From an uncultured Trueperaceae bacterium (GTDB lineage Bacteria; Deinococcota; Deinococci; Deinococcales; Trueperaceae), in the NCBI GenBank assembly GCA_937983275.1, contig CALKAI010000046.1:1800-65799 (forward strand): 64,000 nt of DNA, in the 5' to 3' direction. A program made the position numbers and the translations under genes. This document shows, piece after piece, positions 54,825-64,000 of this stretch. Each line of letters begins with the position of its first letter. The stretch's first letter is position 1. Below the pieces are notes generated by a model. The model saw only the letters and a program-made list of their open reading frames with translations, ran no database searches and was not told where the DNA came from.

Positions 54825-56114
54825 ATGCGTCGCAAATCATCCCTGAAATCACTGCTGGGCTCCTTGGCACTCGCGCCGTTGCTGCTCGCAGGCAGCGCGC
54901 TGGCCCAGGACGCTCCCCCTGTCACGACGGTCGGCACCGTGTTCCCCTACACCGGCGGGGGCGCTGAGTGGGGGCAGGTCATGCAGCGCTCTGCCGATCT
55001 CGCGGCGAAGCAGATAAACGAAGCCGCGCAGCAACACCTGGGTGGCCCGGTGCTGGAGCTGGTGCATGAGGATTCAGCCACCTCCCCCAGCGTGGGCGTC
55101 GACCGGGCCCGCAAGCTCATCGACGTCGACGGGGCACCCGTTGTGATCGGGACCTGGTCGAGCGGTGTCGCCACGGCGATCGCCGATGCCGTCACCATGC
55201 CCAACGACATCCTTCACGTCGTTCCGGTGGCCACCTCGCCGCTCATCACCTACCTCCCCTCGGACGTCGACGACATGCTGTTCCGCACTATCGGCGCCGA
55301 CGACCAGCAGGGGATAGTCGCTGCGATGCTCGCCCGCGGCGAGCTAATAGACGGCGTCAGCTACGACACCGCTTCGATCGTCTACGAGAACAGCCCCTAC
55401 GGGCAGGGCCTGATGGACACCTTCGTGAAGTCGTTCGAGGCCCGGGGCGGTACGGTTCTAACAACAGTGGGCATCCCCACCGAGCCGCAGCCCACCTACT
55501 CGGGTGTCATCGAGGAGCTGCTGGCCGGTGACCCCGATGTGGTGCTGCCCATCATCTACCCCAACACGGGCGGCGTGCTGCTGGCCGAGATGCGCGACAA
55601 CTACGGCTACACCAGCTGGCAGTTCGTCGACGCCATGCGCGCCCTCGACGTTGTCGAGGCGCTGGGTGCCGACGTGGTGGAGGGCTCTTACGGCACCACC
55701 CCTGCGGCCGACATGGACAGCGAAGGATACTTGCGCTTCGCCGGGCTGTACGAGGAGGAGTACGGCCACGAGCCGCCCCTCTCCTTCATGGACACCACCT
55801 ACGACGCAGCGGTGATCACCGGTCTCGCCATCGCCAGCGCGGTTGCCGCCGGCGACGAAATCACTCCCCAGAACCTGCGTGACCACCTGCGCATGGTCGC
55901 GGAGCCTCCCGGTGAGGCGGTCTTCGTCGGCGAAATAGGCCGCGCGCTCGAACTGCTCGCCGCCGGTGAGGATATCGATTACTCCGGCGCCGCCAGCGGC
56001 ATCGACTTCGACGAGAACGGACAGGTCATCACGCCCGTCGAGGTCTGGCAGTTCACGGACGGCGGCATCGAAACCGTCGAGATGATGGGCTCCGAGGACA
56101 TCCCCCTGGAGTAG
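54825..56114 (+). CDS. Branched-chain amino acid (Liv-type) ABC substrate-binding protein, copy 2 (paralog of 49321..50577)
   Basis: A signal peptide ends ...LAGSALAQDAPP, as in copy 1. It is collinear with copy 1 (SPSVGVDRARK, SPYGQGL, YTSWQFVD). I prefer the ATG at 54825, which follows GAGGTG; the longest ORF starts at 54810. Confidence 0.9.
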   Translation: MRRKSSLKSLLGSLALAPLLLAGSALAQDAPPVTTVGTVFPYTGGGAEWGQVMQRSADLAAKQINEAAQQHLGGPVLELVHEDSATSPSVGVDRARKLIDVDGAPVVIGTWSSGVATAIADAVTMPNDILHVVPVATSPLITYLPSDVDDMLFRTIGADDQQGIVAAMLARGELIDGVSYDTASIVYENSPYGQGLMDTFVKSFEARGGTVLTTVGIPTEPQPTYSGVIEELLAGDPDVVLPIIYPNTGGVLLAEMRDNYGYTSWQFVDAMRALDVVEALGADVVEGSYGTTPAADMDSEGYLRFAGLYEEEYGHEPPLSFMDTTYDAAVITGLAIASAVAAGDEITPQNLRDHLRMVAEPPGEAVFVGEIGRALELLAAGEDIDYSGAASGIDFDENGQVITPVEVWQFTDGGIETVEMMGSEDIPLE

Positions 56115-56136
56115 TGCCGCAGCCGTAACAACCGGC

Positions 56137-56173
56137 AAAAAAAGTGGGAGCAGGCCTTCAGACCTGCTCCCAC
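56137..56173 (-). terminator. Rho-independent terminator of the ferredoxin-NADP reductase-like gene (may also stop the + strand gene)
   Basis: On the minus strand: GTGGGAGCAGG-tctgaagg-CCTGCTCCCAC followed by TTTTTTT. This is an 11-bp stem plus a 7-T tract. Confidence 0.8.
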
Positions 56174-56197
56174 ACTCTCATTAACCGACCCAGCAGG

Positions 56198-57574
56198 TCA
56201 CTCCTCCTGCTCGACCGGCTGCAGCCTCTCCAGCATCTCCTCAAGCCTCGTGAACTTCACCCGCGGCCGGCCCTGCGGTTCGCCCAGCCGGACCTCCAGT
56301 TCGTCGAGACGGCACCACTCGTCGTAGCTGACTGCCCTCACGCCGCGGCTCTCCAGCAGTGAATCGACAGCTTCCGGCGAGGGCCGGGCCGGCTCGCGCA
56401 ACCGGGCAGAGAGCAGCGTCCTCACCGTCTCCATCGCGTCGGCCTTGTTGGTGCCTATCACGCCCGAGGGGCCGCGCTTGATCCAGCCCGCAACGAACTC
56501 ACCCGTGACGGGCTCGGAGTCGGGTGTCACCACCTGACCCCGCTCATTGGGGATGACCCTTCGTCGCTCATCGAAGGGCACGCCGTCGACGGCCTCCCCC
56601 TGGTAGCCGACGGAGCGCAGCACGAGGTCGACCGGCCACTCATCGATCTCGCCCGTGCCGCGTGCACTGAGCCTGCCGTCCTCACCCGCGACCAGCTCGT
56701 TGCGTTCCAGCCGTATGGCTTCCACGCGGTCGCTGCCGATGATCTCTACGGGGGAGAGGAAGAAGCGCAGGCGCACCCGGCGGGGCTTGCCGGTGGCAGG
56801 TATCTCCCGGAAGCCTTCGATGACCTCTACGTTGCGGCGCAACATCGGTTCATCCTCGAGGCTGGCCCTGCTTGCCGCGTCCAGCTGCAGGTCGCGCGGC
56901 AACACGTCTATGTCGGCGTTCTCGAGCTCGCCAAGTTCGCGCAGCTCCTTGGTGGTGAACCTCGCCTGCGCCGGCCCGCGCCTGCCCACGATGGTTATCT
57001 CCCGGATGTTGCTGCGGCGCAGCGCAGCCAGCGCAGCATCGGTTATGTCTGTTTGCGCCAGCTCCTCCACGGACTTGGCGAGTATGCGGGTCACGTCGAT
57101 CGCCACGTTGCCGACGCCGATCACGACAGCCCGCTCGCCCGAGAGCGGAACATCCAGGTCCTGGTAGTGGGGGTGGCCGTTATACCAGCCAACGAACTCG
57201 GTCGCGGAGAGGTTGCCCGGCAGGTCCTCCCCGGGTATGCCAAGCCGGCGCCCGGTGGGCGATCCCACCGCGTAGACAGTTGCGTGATAGTGGAGCTGCA
57301 GATCGTCATGGTTGAGGTCGCGTCCGTACTGGACATTGCCCAGGAAGCGCACCCTGGGATCGCTGCAGGTTCGGTGGAACATCCGCGTGACCGACTTCAT
57401 CTTCTGATGGTCCGGCGCAACACCGTAGCGCACCAGCCCGAAGGGGGCGGGGAGGCGGTCGATTATGTCGACGAGGACGTCATCCCGCTCCTTTACGAGT
57501 GACTCTGCCGTATAGATCCCCGCGGGCCCCGCGCCTATCACGGCGATGCGGAGTGGGGAGTTGAATGCTTTCAT
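56198..57574 (-). CDS. FAD/NADPH-dependent ferredoxin--NADP(+) reductase, FprA/adrenodoxin-reductase type
   Basis: The FAD motif is RIAVIGAGPAGIYTA. LVRYGVAPDH is present. The second dinucleotide fold is AVVIGVGNVAIDVTRIL. The size of 458 aa fits. Confidence 0.88.
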   Translation of the reverse strand: MKAFNSPLRIAVIGAGPAGIYTAESLVKERDDVLVDIIDRLPAPFGLVRYGVAPDHQKMKSVTRMFHRTCSDPRVRFLGNVQYGRDLNHDDLQLHYHATVYAVGSPTGRRLGIPGEDLPGNLSATEFVGWYNGHPHYQDLDVPLSGERAVVIGVGNVAIDVTRILAKSVEELAQTDITDAALAALRRSNIREITIVGRRGPAQARFTTKELRELGELENADIDVLPRDLQLDAASRASLEDEPMLRRNVEVIEGFREIPATGKPRRVRLRFFLSPVEIIGSDRVEAIRLERNELVAGEDGRLSARGTGEIDEWPVDLVLRSVGYQGEAVDGVPFDERRRVIPNERGQVVTPDSEPVTGEFVAGWIKRGPSGVIGTNKADAMETVRTLLSARLREPARPSPEAVDSLLESRGVRAVSYDEWCRLDELEVRLGEPQGRPRVKFTRLEEMLERLQPVEQEE

Positions 57575-57713
57575 CGTCCCGTTCTATCACGCACTGCCGC
57601 GCGTCCCGAGTCGTCTGGGGCGTTATATTCGGCTTTGTGACCGACGCTCGCCACATACGGGAGGCCGGCCCGCCCCCTCGCGCTGCCGGCGCCCTGCAGG
57701 AAGGGGCGGCCCT

Positions 57714-57986
57714 GTGACGCCAAGCAGTGTGGAGCAGGTGTTCCTCGAACGCAGGGGCGGCTCCACTCAGGTCCTGCTCGTCCTCGAGGACCCCGCCGGC
57801 GCACGTACCCGCGACCGCCTGGTGGTAGCCAGTCCGGACCTCACCGTCGCCGTGAAGCAGGCGGCACGGCTGCTTGCGCACAGGGGCATTGGTCCGGCCG
57901 GGAAGGTGCGGCTGCGGGTGAGCACGAAGCAGGGGCTGGAAGACGACGCCGGGCTGCTGGCGCTCTTCCTGGACGAGCTCGGCTAG
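57714..57986 (+). CDS. Hypothetical 90-aa protein
   Basis: A GTG start follows GGAAGGGG. Third codon positions are strongly G/C throughout. I recognise no motif. The longer track ORF (from 57546) overlaps the fprA-like gene start. Confidence 0.35.
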   Translation: MTPSSVEQVFLERRGGSTQVLLVLEDPAGARTRDRLVVASPDLTVAVKQAARLLAHRGIGPAGKVRLRVSTKQGLEDDAGLLALFLDELG

Positions 57987-57991
57987 GTCCC

Positions 57992-58318
57992 TCAGGCCAG
58001 GCTCTTCACCTTTTCGCGGTCGACAAAACTGACCAGGCGCTGCGCCAGGTTCATGTCCCCGCTTATCTTCACCTTGCCCGTCATGAATGCGCTCATCGGG
58101 TTCAGCTCCCCGCGGAACAGCTTCAGCAGGTTCTCGTCCTTCATCTTTATCGTCAGATCGGCGTTCTGCGCCCAGCCGTCGAATACCTCCAGGCGCCCGT
58201 CACGCAACACCTGGTACGCGGGCTGGGAGATGTCGTACTGGATAACCGCTTCGGTCCCCTGAGCTGCCTGGGGGTCCAGAGCTTCCGGCATCCGTTCGAT
58301 GAGTTCGCGTGCTGTCAT
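57992..58318 (-). CDS. SCP2 sterol-carrier-like domain protein
   Basis: The 108-aa protein from ATG 58318 contains LKLFRGELNPMSAFMTGKVKISGDMNLAQRL, the SCP2 C-terminal signature. Confidence 0.8.
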   Translation of the reverse strand: MTARELIERMPEALDPQAAQGTEAVIQYDISQPAYQVLRDGRLEVFDGWAQNADLTIKMKDENLLKLFRGELNPMSAFMTGKVKISGDMNLAQRLVSFVDREKVKSLA

Positions 58319-58525
58319 GTCTCCTCCGATCGCCGGCCAGAGTGCGGCCCGCGCGCTTCCAGGGTCATCAGGTCCGTGAATGATACCGCCTTGCCGCGCG
58401 GCGTAACCGGGAGGTACCACACCCGGTGGAGATCTTGTTGTACGGCGGTTGAACGCGGCCTTCCCGGGGACCAGGAGTCGCGCGTTGTAGGCTTGGTCCA
58501 TGCCAATACGAAGCCTGGGAGGGCA

Positions 58526-59677
58526 GTGGACCTAGCACTATCTGAAGAGCTCCAGCTCATGCAACGAAGTGTTCGCGAGTTTGCCAGGGACCAAATCTAC
58601 CCGGTGGCGGGCGAACTCGACCGCAATCCCCGCTTTCCCTGGGAGACGCTGGGGCAAATGGGCGAACTGGGCCTGCTGGGCGTGACGACTCCGGAGGAGT
58701 ATGGCGGCGCGGGCCTCGATGTCCTTTCCTACGTCGTCCTCCTTGAAGAGATAGCGGCGGCCGATGCCGCGCACTCCACGATCATGGCGGTCACCAACGG
58801 CCTGCCGCAATCTATGCTGGTCACCTACGGAACCGAGGAGCAGAAGCGCCGCTACCTGCCCAGGCTGGCCAGCGGCGAGTGGATCGGGGCGTTCTGCCTC
58901 TCCGAACCGCACTGCGGCAGCGACGCGGCCGCCATCCGGACGACCGCCCGCAGGACCGCCGACGGCTGGGTGCTCGACGGCAGCAAGGCGTGGATCACGA
59001 GCGGCGGCGAAGCGCAGTTGTACGTCGTCATGGCCAAGACTGACGAGAAGGGTGGTCCCCGCGGAATAAGCTGCTTCCTCGTGGAGAAGGGCACCGCCGG
59101 GATAGAGTTCGGCAAGCCCGAGGAGAAGCTGGGCCAGCACGCCGCCATCACCACCGGCATCAGCTTCGAAGGCTGCGAGCTGCCGGACGACGCCCTGTTG
59201 GGCCCGGAGAATCAGGGGTTCATCCTTTCGATGAGCTCCCTTGACGGCGGCCGCCTGGGCATCGCTGCCCAGTCGGTGGGCATCGCCCGCGCCGCCTTCG
59301 AGGCAGCACTCGACTACGCGTCAGAGCGGGAGTCGTTCGGCGAGCCCATCCGCGAGCACCAGGGCGTGCAGTTCAAACTGGCCGACATGGCGACCCGCAT
59401 CGAGGCGGCCCGCCTCCTCACCTACAAGGCTGCCTGGCTGCGCGACCGCGGCTACCGCGTCACCCGCGAGGCATCGATGGCCAAGCTCTTCGCGAGCGAG
59501 ACGGCCACCTTCGTAACCGACGCGGCGGTGCAGATCTTCGGAGGCTACGGCTACTCCCGCGACTACCCGGTGGAGCGGTACTTCCGCGATGCGCGGGTGA
59601 CCACGATCTACGAAGGCACGAGTGAAATCCAACGGATGGTCATTGGCCGGCAGCTCTACCGCGAGCGGGAGCGCTGA
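58526..59677 (+). CDS. Acyl-CoA dehydrogenase
   Basis: GAFCLSEPHCGSDAAA, WITSGGEA, and FGGYGYSRDYPVERYFRDARVTTIYEGTSEIQ are present. I prefer the GTG at 58526, which follows GGGAGGG. Confidence 0.92.
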   Translation: MDLALSEELQLMQRSVREFARDQIYPVAGELDRNPRFPWETLGQMGELGLLGVTTPEEYGGAGLDVLSYVVLLEEIAAADAAHSTIMAVTNGLPQSMLVTYGTEEQKRRYLPRLASGEWIGAFCLSEPHCGSDAAAIRTTARRTADGWVLDGSKAWITSGGEAQLYVVMAKTDEKGGPRGISCFLVEKGTAGIEFGKPEEKLGQHAAITTGISFEGCELPDDALLGPENQGFILSMSSLDGGRLGIAAQSVGIARAAFEAALDYASERESFGEPIREHQGVQFKLADMATRIEAARLLTYKAAWLRDRGYRVTREASMAKLFASETATFVTDAAVQIFGGYGYSRDYPVERYFRDARVTTIYEGTSEIQRMVIGRQLYRERER

Positions 59678-59695
59678 CCGCCCGGGAGGTAACAG

Positions 59696-60838
59696 TTGAT
59701 CGACTTCACCCTGACCGAAGAGCAGCGGCAAATCCAGAGCCTCTCCCGCCAGTTCGCGCGGGATGTCATCGCCCCGCAGGCGGCCCGGTTCGATCGCGAT
59801 GAGAGCTATCCGGAGGAGATAGTCGCCCGGGCCGCCGGCCTGGGCCTACTCAACGTGGGCATCCCGCAGGCCGTGGGCGGGCTTGGCCTGGGCATGCTCG
59901 ACGAGGTGATCATGGGCGAGGAGCTCGCGTGGGGCTGCATGGGGATCTACAGCGTCCTCATGGCCTCGGAGCTGGGCATAACCCCTGTCCTCCTGGCCGG
60001 CAGCGAGGAGCAGCAGGAACGGTTCCTGGGACCCCTCGTCGGCAAGCCGTCGCTCGCGGCGTTCGCACTGTCCGAACCCGACAACGGTTCCGACGCCGCT
60101 GCGATGAAGACCCGGGCACGCATCGACGGGGACGAGGTCGTCATTACGGGCACCAAGATGTGGATCACCAACGGTGGCCTTGCCGACTTCACCGTCGTTT
60201 TCGCGAACCTGGAGCCGGAGAAGCGCCACAAGGGTGTCGTGGCGGTCGTGGTCGAGAAGGATACGCCGGGACTCAGCTACCAGAAGATCACCGGCAAACT
60301 GGGTCAGCGGGCGGCGCACACTGCAGAGCTCATCTTCGACGAGGTGCGGGTACCCGTCAGCAATATCCTTGGCGAACCCGGGGATGGCTTCCGTATCGCC
60401 ATGCGTACCCTCGACCGCACCAGGATTCCCGTTGCGGCAGGCGCGGTTGGCGTAGCGGGCCGTGCGCTGCACGAGTCCACGAAGTACTCTGCCGAACGGC
60501 AGGCGTTTGGCCAGCCCATCGGCAACTTCCAGGCGATCCAGTTCAAGCTCGCGAACATGAAGATTGGCCTGGAGACCGCCCGCTGGCAAACCTGGTATGC
60601 GGCCTGGCTGGTCGACAGCGGCAAACCTCACACGGAGGCATCGGCGATCGCAAAGGCCTACGCTTCCGAGGTTGCCTTTGACGCCGCCAACGAGGCCGTG
60701 CACGTCTTCGGCGGTTACGGCTACGTGGACGAGTACCCGGTTGCAAAGCTCATGCGCGACGTGAAACTGAACCAGATCTACGAAGGCACCAACGAGATCC
60801 AGCGGGTGGTCATCGCCCGCGGTCTGCAGAAGGCCTGA
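59696..60838 (+). CDS. Acyl-CoA dehydrogenase (tandem paralog)
   Basis: AAFALSEPDNGSDAAA, WITNGGLA, and FGGYGYVDEYPVAKLMRDVKLNQIYEGTNEIQ are present. The TTG start follows GGGAGG. Confidence 0.92.
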   Translation: MIDFTLTEEQRQIQSLSRQFARDVIAPQAARFDRDESYPEEIVARAAGLGLLNVGIPQAVGGLGLGMLDEVIMGEELAWGCMGIYSVLMASELGITPVLLAGSEEQQERFLGPLVGKPSLAAFALSEPDNGSDAAAMKTRARIDGDEVVITGTKMWITNGGLADFTVVFANLEPEKRHKGVVAVVVEKDTPGLSYQKITGKLGQRAAHTAELIFDEVRVPVSNILGEPGDGFRIAMRTLDRTRIPVAAGAVGVAGRALHESTKYSAERQAFGQPIGNFQAIQFKLANMKIGLETARWQTWYAAWLVDSGKPHTEASAIAKAYASEVAFDAANEAVHVFGGYGYVDEYPVAKLMRDVKLNQIYEGTNEIQRVVIARGLQKA

Positions 60839-60880
60839 GTTACACTTCCCGTGAACAGAAGGTAAAGGAGTGAGTTCGTC

Positions 60881-61642
60881 ATGAAGATCGTTGCGATCCT
60901 CAAGCAAGTCCCCGATGCCGAGTCGAGGCTCCGGGCATCCGCAAGCGGTGTCGACCTGGACGGCGTGACCTGGGTAATGGACGGAATGGACGAGTACGGC
61001 GTGGAGGAGGCGTTACGGCTGCGTGAAGGCGGCCTGGATGCCGAAGTCGTTGCAGTGGCGCTGGGCCCCGATCGGTACGAGGAGGCGCTTCGTACCGCCC
61101 TTGCGATGGGAGCCGACCGGGCAATCCACATCGAGAGCGACGAGGACCTCGACCCGATCTCGCAGGCAAAGGTGCTGGCGCGAGTCGTAGAGGATGAGGG
61201 CGCCCAGCTGGTCTTCACCGGCGGCAAGCAGGCCGACTGGGACAGCAGCGCCCTGGGCCCTGCCATTGCGGAATTCCTGGGCTGGCCGCACAGCGACTGG
61301 TCTACCCAGCTGGAGCTGGCCGGCCAGCAGGTGAGGGTGCGCCACGACGCCGAGGTCGGTACTGAGGTGCTCCAGTTTCCCCTGCCGGGCGTGATAACGA
61401 CCCAACAGGGCCTCAACGAGCCGCGCTACCCGACCCTGCCGAACATCATGAAGGCGAAGCGCAAGGAGCTCAAGCGCCTGCCGCTGGGTGAGGTAGAGCA
61501 GGTGGAGGCGCGTACGGAGATCGTCTCGCAAACCCTGGAGGAGCGGGAGCGGCGCGGCCGGATCCTCGAAGGAGAACCGGCCCAGGTTGCCCAGCAGCTC
61601 GTCCAGCTTCTCCGCGATGAAGCCGGAGTCCTCGCCAAGTAA
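60881..61642 (+). CDS. etfB: Electron transfer flavoprotein beta subunit
   Basis: MKIVAILKQVPD...VVAVALGP...LVFTGGKQADWDSSALGPAIAEFLGWP is canonical. Confidence 0.93.
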   Translation: MKIVAILKQVPDAESRLRASASGVDLDGVTWVMDGMDEYGVEEALRLREGGLDAEVVAVALGPDRYEEALRTALAMGADRAIHIESDEDLDPISQAKVLARVVEDEGAQLVFTGGKQADWDSSALGPAIAEFLGWPHSDWSTQLELAGQQVRVRHDAEVGTEVLQFPLPGVITTQQGLNEPRYPTLPNIMKAKRKELKRLPLGEVEQVEARTEIVSQTLEERERRGRILEGEPAQVAQQLVQLLRDEAGVLAK

Positions 61643-61672
61643 CCTGCACGGACCCGAAAGGAACAGATACGA

Positions 61673-62632
61673 ATGGTACTTATCGTTGCAGAGCATGCTG
61701 ATGGTCAGCTGCGCAAGAGCGCCCTGGAGGCCGTTACGGCCGGAACCCGGCTGGCAGGTGAACTGGGAGTCGAACCGGTCGCGCTGATCATGGGGCGCGA
61801 TGTGAGCTCCCTGGCCCAGGAGCTGGCGGGTTACGTGAAAGACGTGCGCGTGGTGGAACACGACGCCCTTGGCGACGTGCGGGCCCAGACCTGGACGGCC
61901 GTCGTCAGCGCGGTCGCGCAGGAGCTGGGGGCGTTGGCGGTGGTGTTCTCTGCCGGACGGGTTGGCCTCTCCGTCGCACCCCGCGTGGCAGTGCGGCTCG
62001 ATGCCCCGCTGCTCGAGGACGTCACCGAACTGCAGGTGGAGGGTGAGCAGGTAGTCGCCACGCGGCTCTCCTACCTGTCCAGGGTCACCGAGAGGGTGAA
62101 GGCCAGAAGGCTCCCCGTGGTGGTGTCCGTGACGCTTAACGTGATGCCCTTGCCCGAGACCGGCGTGTCGGGAAGCGTGCAGCCGATGAGCGTCGACATC
62201 CCCGAAGCCGACCAGGTGGTGAGCGTGGGGGAGAGGAGCCTGCCGGAAGGCGGCCGGGTCCAGCTCGAGGAAGCGAAGGCAGTCGTTGCCGGCGGGCGCG
62301 GCGTAGGCGGTCCCGACGGCTTCAGCAACTACGTCGAGCCGCTGGCCAATGCCCTGGGTGCGGCGGTGGCCAGCACCCGTGCCGTGGTGGACGCCGGCTG
62401 GCGCGAGTACGAGGAGCAGGTGGGCCAGACCGGTAAGTCCGTCTCTCCCGATCTCTACATCGCCCTGGGAATCTCCGGAGCGGTGCAGCACCTCTCGGGG
62501 ATGAACCGCTCGAAGGTGGTCGTGGCGATCAACAAGGATGGCGACGCGCCGATCTTCAAGGCGGCCGACTATGGCGTGGTTTCGGACCTTGGCCAGGTCG
62601 TACCGGAGATCGTGAAGATCCTCAAGAAGTAA
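61673..62632 (+). CDS. etfA: Electron transfer flavoprotein alpha subunit
   Basis: The C-terminal FAD domain is canonical: [10 protein letters not shown]...[29 protein letters not shown]...[13 protein letters not shown]. Confidence 0.93.
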   Translation: MVLIVAEHADGQLRKSALEAVTAGTRLAGELGVEPVALIMGRDVSSLAQELAGYVKDVRVVEHDALGDVRAQTWTAVVSAVAQELGALAVVFSAGRVGLSVAPRVAVRLDAPLLEDVTELQVEGEQVVATRLSYLSRVTERVKARRLPVVVSVTLNVMPLPETGVSGSVQPMSVDIPEADQVVSVGERSLPEGGRVQLEEAKAVVAGGRGVGGPDGFSNYVEPLANALGAAVASTRAVVDAGWREYEEQVGQTGKSVSPDLYIALGISGAVQHLSGMNRSKVVVAINKDGDAPIFKAADYGVVSDLGQVVPEIVKILKK

Positions 62633-62653
62633 GAACCTGAATGAGCAGGAAAG

Positions 62654-62686
62654 CTGGCCGCGTCCCGGGAGCCGGGACGCGGCCAG
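62654..62686. terminator. Bidirectional stem-loop between convergent etfA and pgk
   Basis: CTGGCCGCGTCCCGG-gag-CCGGGACGCGGCCAG forms a perfect 15-bp stem. Confidence 0.6.
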
Positions 62687-62721
62687 TCGACTTTGTCATT
62701 GCCCGGTTTCCGGGACGGAGG

Positions 62722-63906
62722 CTACTCCTGCAGGACGGTCAACCCCGGCAGCTCCTTGCCTTCAATGAATTCGAGGGAGGCGCCGCCGCCGGTCGACACG
62801 TGATCGATGGCGTCCATGAGGCCCGTGGCCGCGAGCGCCGCGACGGAGTCGCCCCCGCCCACCACGGTGTAGGCATCCAGCTCGGCGACCGCCTGCGCGA
62901 TCGCCCTGGTGCCGGTATCAAAGGGCGGCACCTCGAACACGCCCAGCGGTCCGTTCCAGAAGACGGTGCGGGTACCTGCCAGTGCCTCGCGGAAGCTGGC
63001 GACCGCCTCCTTGCCGGCGTCCAGGCCCATCAGACCCGCCGGGATGGCGTCCGAAGGGTGAGTCTCCACCTGGGCTTCAGAGTCGATCTCCCGGGCGCAG
63101 ACGGAATCGGCCGGCAGCAGGAAGCGCACGCCCCGCTCGGCCGCGCGTTGGAGCAGCTCCCGGGCGAGGTCCAGGCGGTCCTCCTCGACCAGCGACTCGC
63201 CCACCTGGCCGCCCTGGGCCCGTATGAACGTATAGGCCATCGCCCCGCCCACGATCATCACGTTCGCGCTGCCCACCAGCCGTTCCAGCACCCCGATCTT
63301 GTCCGAGACCTTGGCGCCGCCGATGATCACGGCGAACGGCTCCTCCGGTTCATCGCGGACCCTGCGCAGCGCTTCCAGCTCTCGCTCCACCAGGTAACCG
63401 GCTGCGCTGGGGAGGAGCCTGGCCACTCCGACGGTGCTGGCGTGGGCCCGGTGCGCGGCGCCGAAGGCGTCATTCACGAAGAAGTCGGCGTACGCGGCCA
63501 GCTTGCGCGCCATCTCCGGATCGTTGTCGGTTTCACCCGGCTCGAAGCGGGTGTTCTCAAGGAGAGTGATGCTGCCCGGCGGGGCCTCTTCCACGAAGCG
63601 CGCCTGTTCGTCGCTGGTCGGGCCGGGGGTGGGCAGGTAGCGGACCTCCGTACCGACCAGGCCGGAGAGGTGCCGGGCGACCGGTTCAAGCCGGTACGCA
63701 TCGTTTGCCTCGCCCTTGGGCCTGCCCAGGTGGCTCATGAGGAAGAGCGTCGCTCCGGCGTCCAGGAGCCTCCTGATGGTTGGCAGAGCATGGCGCATGC
63801 GCGTATCGTCGCCAACCTTCCCGTCCCGGACGGGGACGTTGAAGTCCACCCGGACCAGGACCCTCTTGCCGGCGACCCCCAGGTCGTCCATCCTGCGCAG
63901 GTTCAT
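62722..63906 (-). CDS. pgk: Phosphoglycerate kinase
   Basis: KRVLVRVDFNVP, SHLGRP and STGGGASLEF are present. I prefer the ATG at 63906 (MNLRRMDDL); the longest ORF starts at 63963. Confidence 0.95.
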   Translation of the reverse strand: MNLRRMDDLGVAGKRVLVRVDFNVPVRDGKVGDDTRMRHALPTIRRLLDAGATLFLMSHLGRPKGEANDAYRLEPVARHLSGLVGTEVRYLPTPGPTSDEQARFVEEAPPGSITLLENTRFEPGETDNDPEMARKLAAYADFFVNDAFGAAHRAHASTVGVARLLPSAAGYLVERELEALRRVRDEPEEPFAVIIGGAKVSDKIGVLERLVGSANVMIVGGAMAYTFIRAQGGQVGESLVEEDRLDLARELLQRAAERGVRFLLPADSVCAREIDSEAQVETHPSDAIPAGLMGLDAGKEAVASFREALAGTRTVFWNGPLGVFEVPPFDTGTRAIAQAVAELDAYTVVGGGDSVAALAATGLMDAIDHVSTGGGASLEFIEGKELPGLTVLQE

Positions 63907-63931
63907 CTGAGTCGTGCCGGTGTCCCGAACC

Positions 63932-64000
63932 TCAGTACTCCCTGCCCATGACTTCGAGGACATCGACCATGCGGCTGCTGTAGCCCCACTCGTTGTCGTA
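63932..64000 (-). CDS. gap: Glyceraldehyde-3-phosphate dehydrogenase, C-terminal end (gene continues off the right edge)
   Basis: Reverse translation reads ...YDNEWGYSSRMVDVLEVMGREY followed by a stop (TGA, complement of 63932-63934). This is the conserved GAPDH C-terminus, and its position upstream of pgk is the classic arrangement. Confidence 0.85.
   Translation of the reverse strand, partial: YDNEWGYSSRMVDVLEVMGREY

Noticed and set aside
39337-62686. Possibility that the strong palindromes (39337-39370, 50641-50681, 56144-56173, 62654-62686) represent a CRISPR array or a repeat family
   Set aside because: The sequences differ from each other. Each is a single copy in the window and sits exactly between gene ends, so terminator hairpins are the simpler explanation. 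No regularly spaced direct repeats exist anywhere in the window.

Overview
The window is visibly GC-rich, with codon third positions mostly G/C, and is densely coding. I support about 64 protein genes and one tRNA-Leu(CAA). I see no rRNA, CRISPR array, transposase or integrase. All assignments come from reading the translations and the DNA by eye; no searches were run. Gene content suggests a Deinococcus-Thermus-like (Trueperaceae-like) genome, but that is an unverified guess. It rests on BshC (bacillithiol), DinB-fold proteins, a short-form TreS, an ArgD/LysJ-type aminotransferase, and TATAAT boxes placed a few nt before start codons. Most of the window is housekeeping: secA, rsmD, ddl, efp-accB-accC-asp23-nusB-folD, guaB, glnA, ruvC, pgk, gap, secG, one Opp/Dpp-type and one Liv-type ABC importer, and an ACAD/ETF module. 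Three regions deserve attention. (1) 10260-16727 (minus) is a six-gene operon, two of whose junctions show 4-nt stop/start overlaps. It encodes a serine-palmitoyltransferase-like alpha-oxoamine synthase, a large GNAT-like protein, a CPBP membrane protease-like protein, an SDR epimerase/reductase, an MGDG-synthase-like glycosyltransferase and a flippase-like protein. MacB-type ABC and MMPL exporters follow on the same strand. This is a candidate (glyco)sphingolipid or aminolipid pathway. (2) 39775-41848 (minus) is a three-gene operon immediately downstream of treS. It encodes a lipoprotein with an Ig-like and a cohesin-like module, a secreted unknown, and a secreted protein with a degenerate metzincin motif plus a clear two-segment dockerin. 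(3) 43586-47020 (plus) is an 1144-aa atypical GH13 enzyme, divergent from treS, with GlgE-like variants of the catalytic regions. Many long ORFs in the track are antisense shadows typical of high-GC DNA and were rejected.
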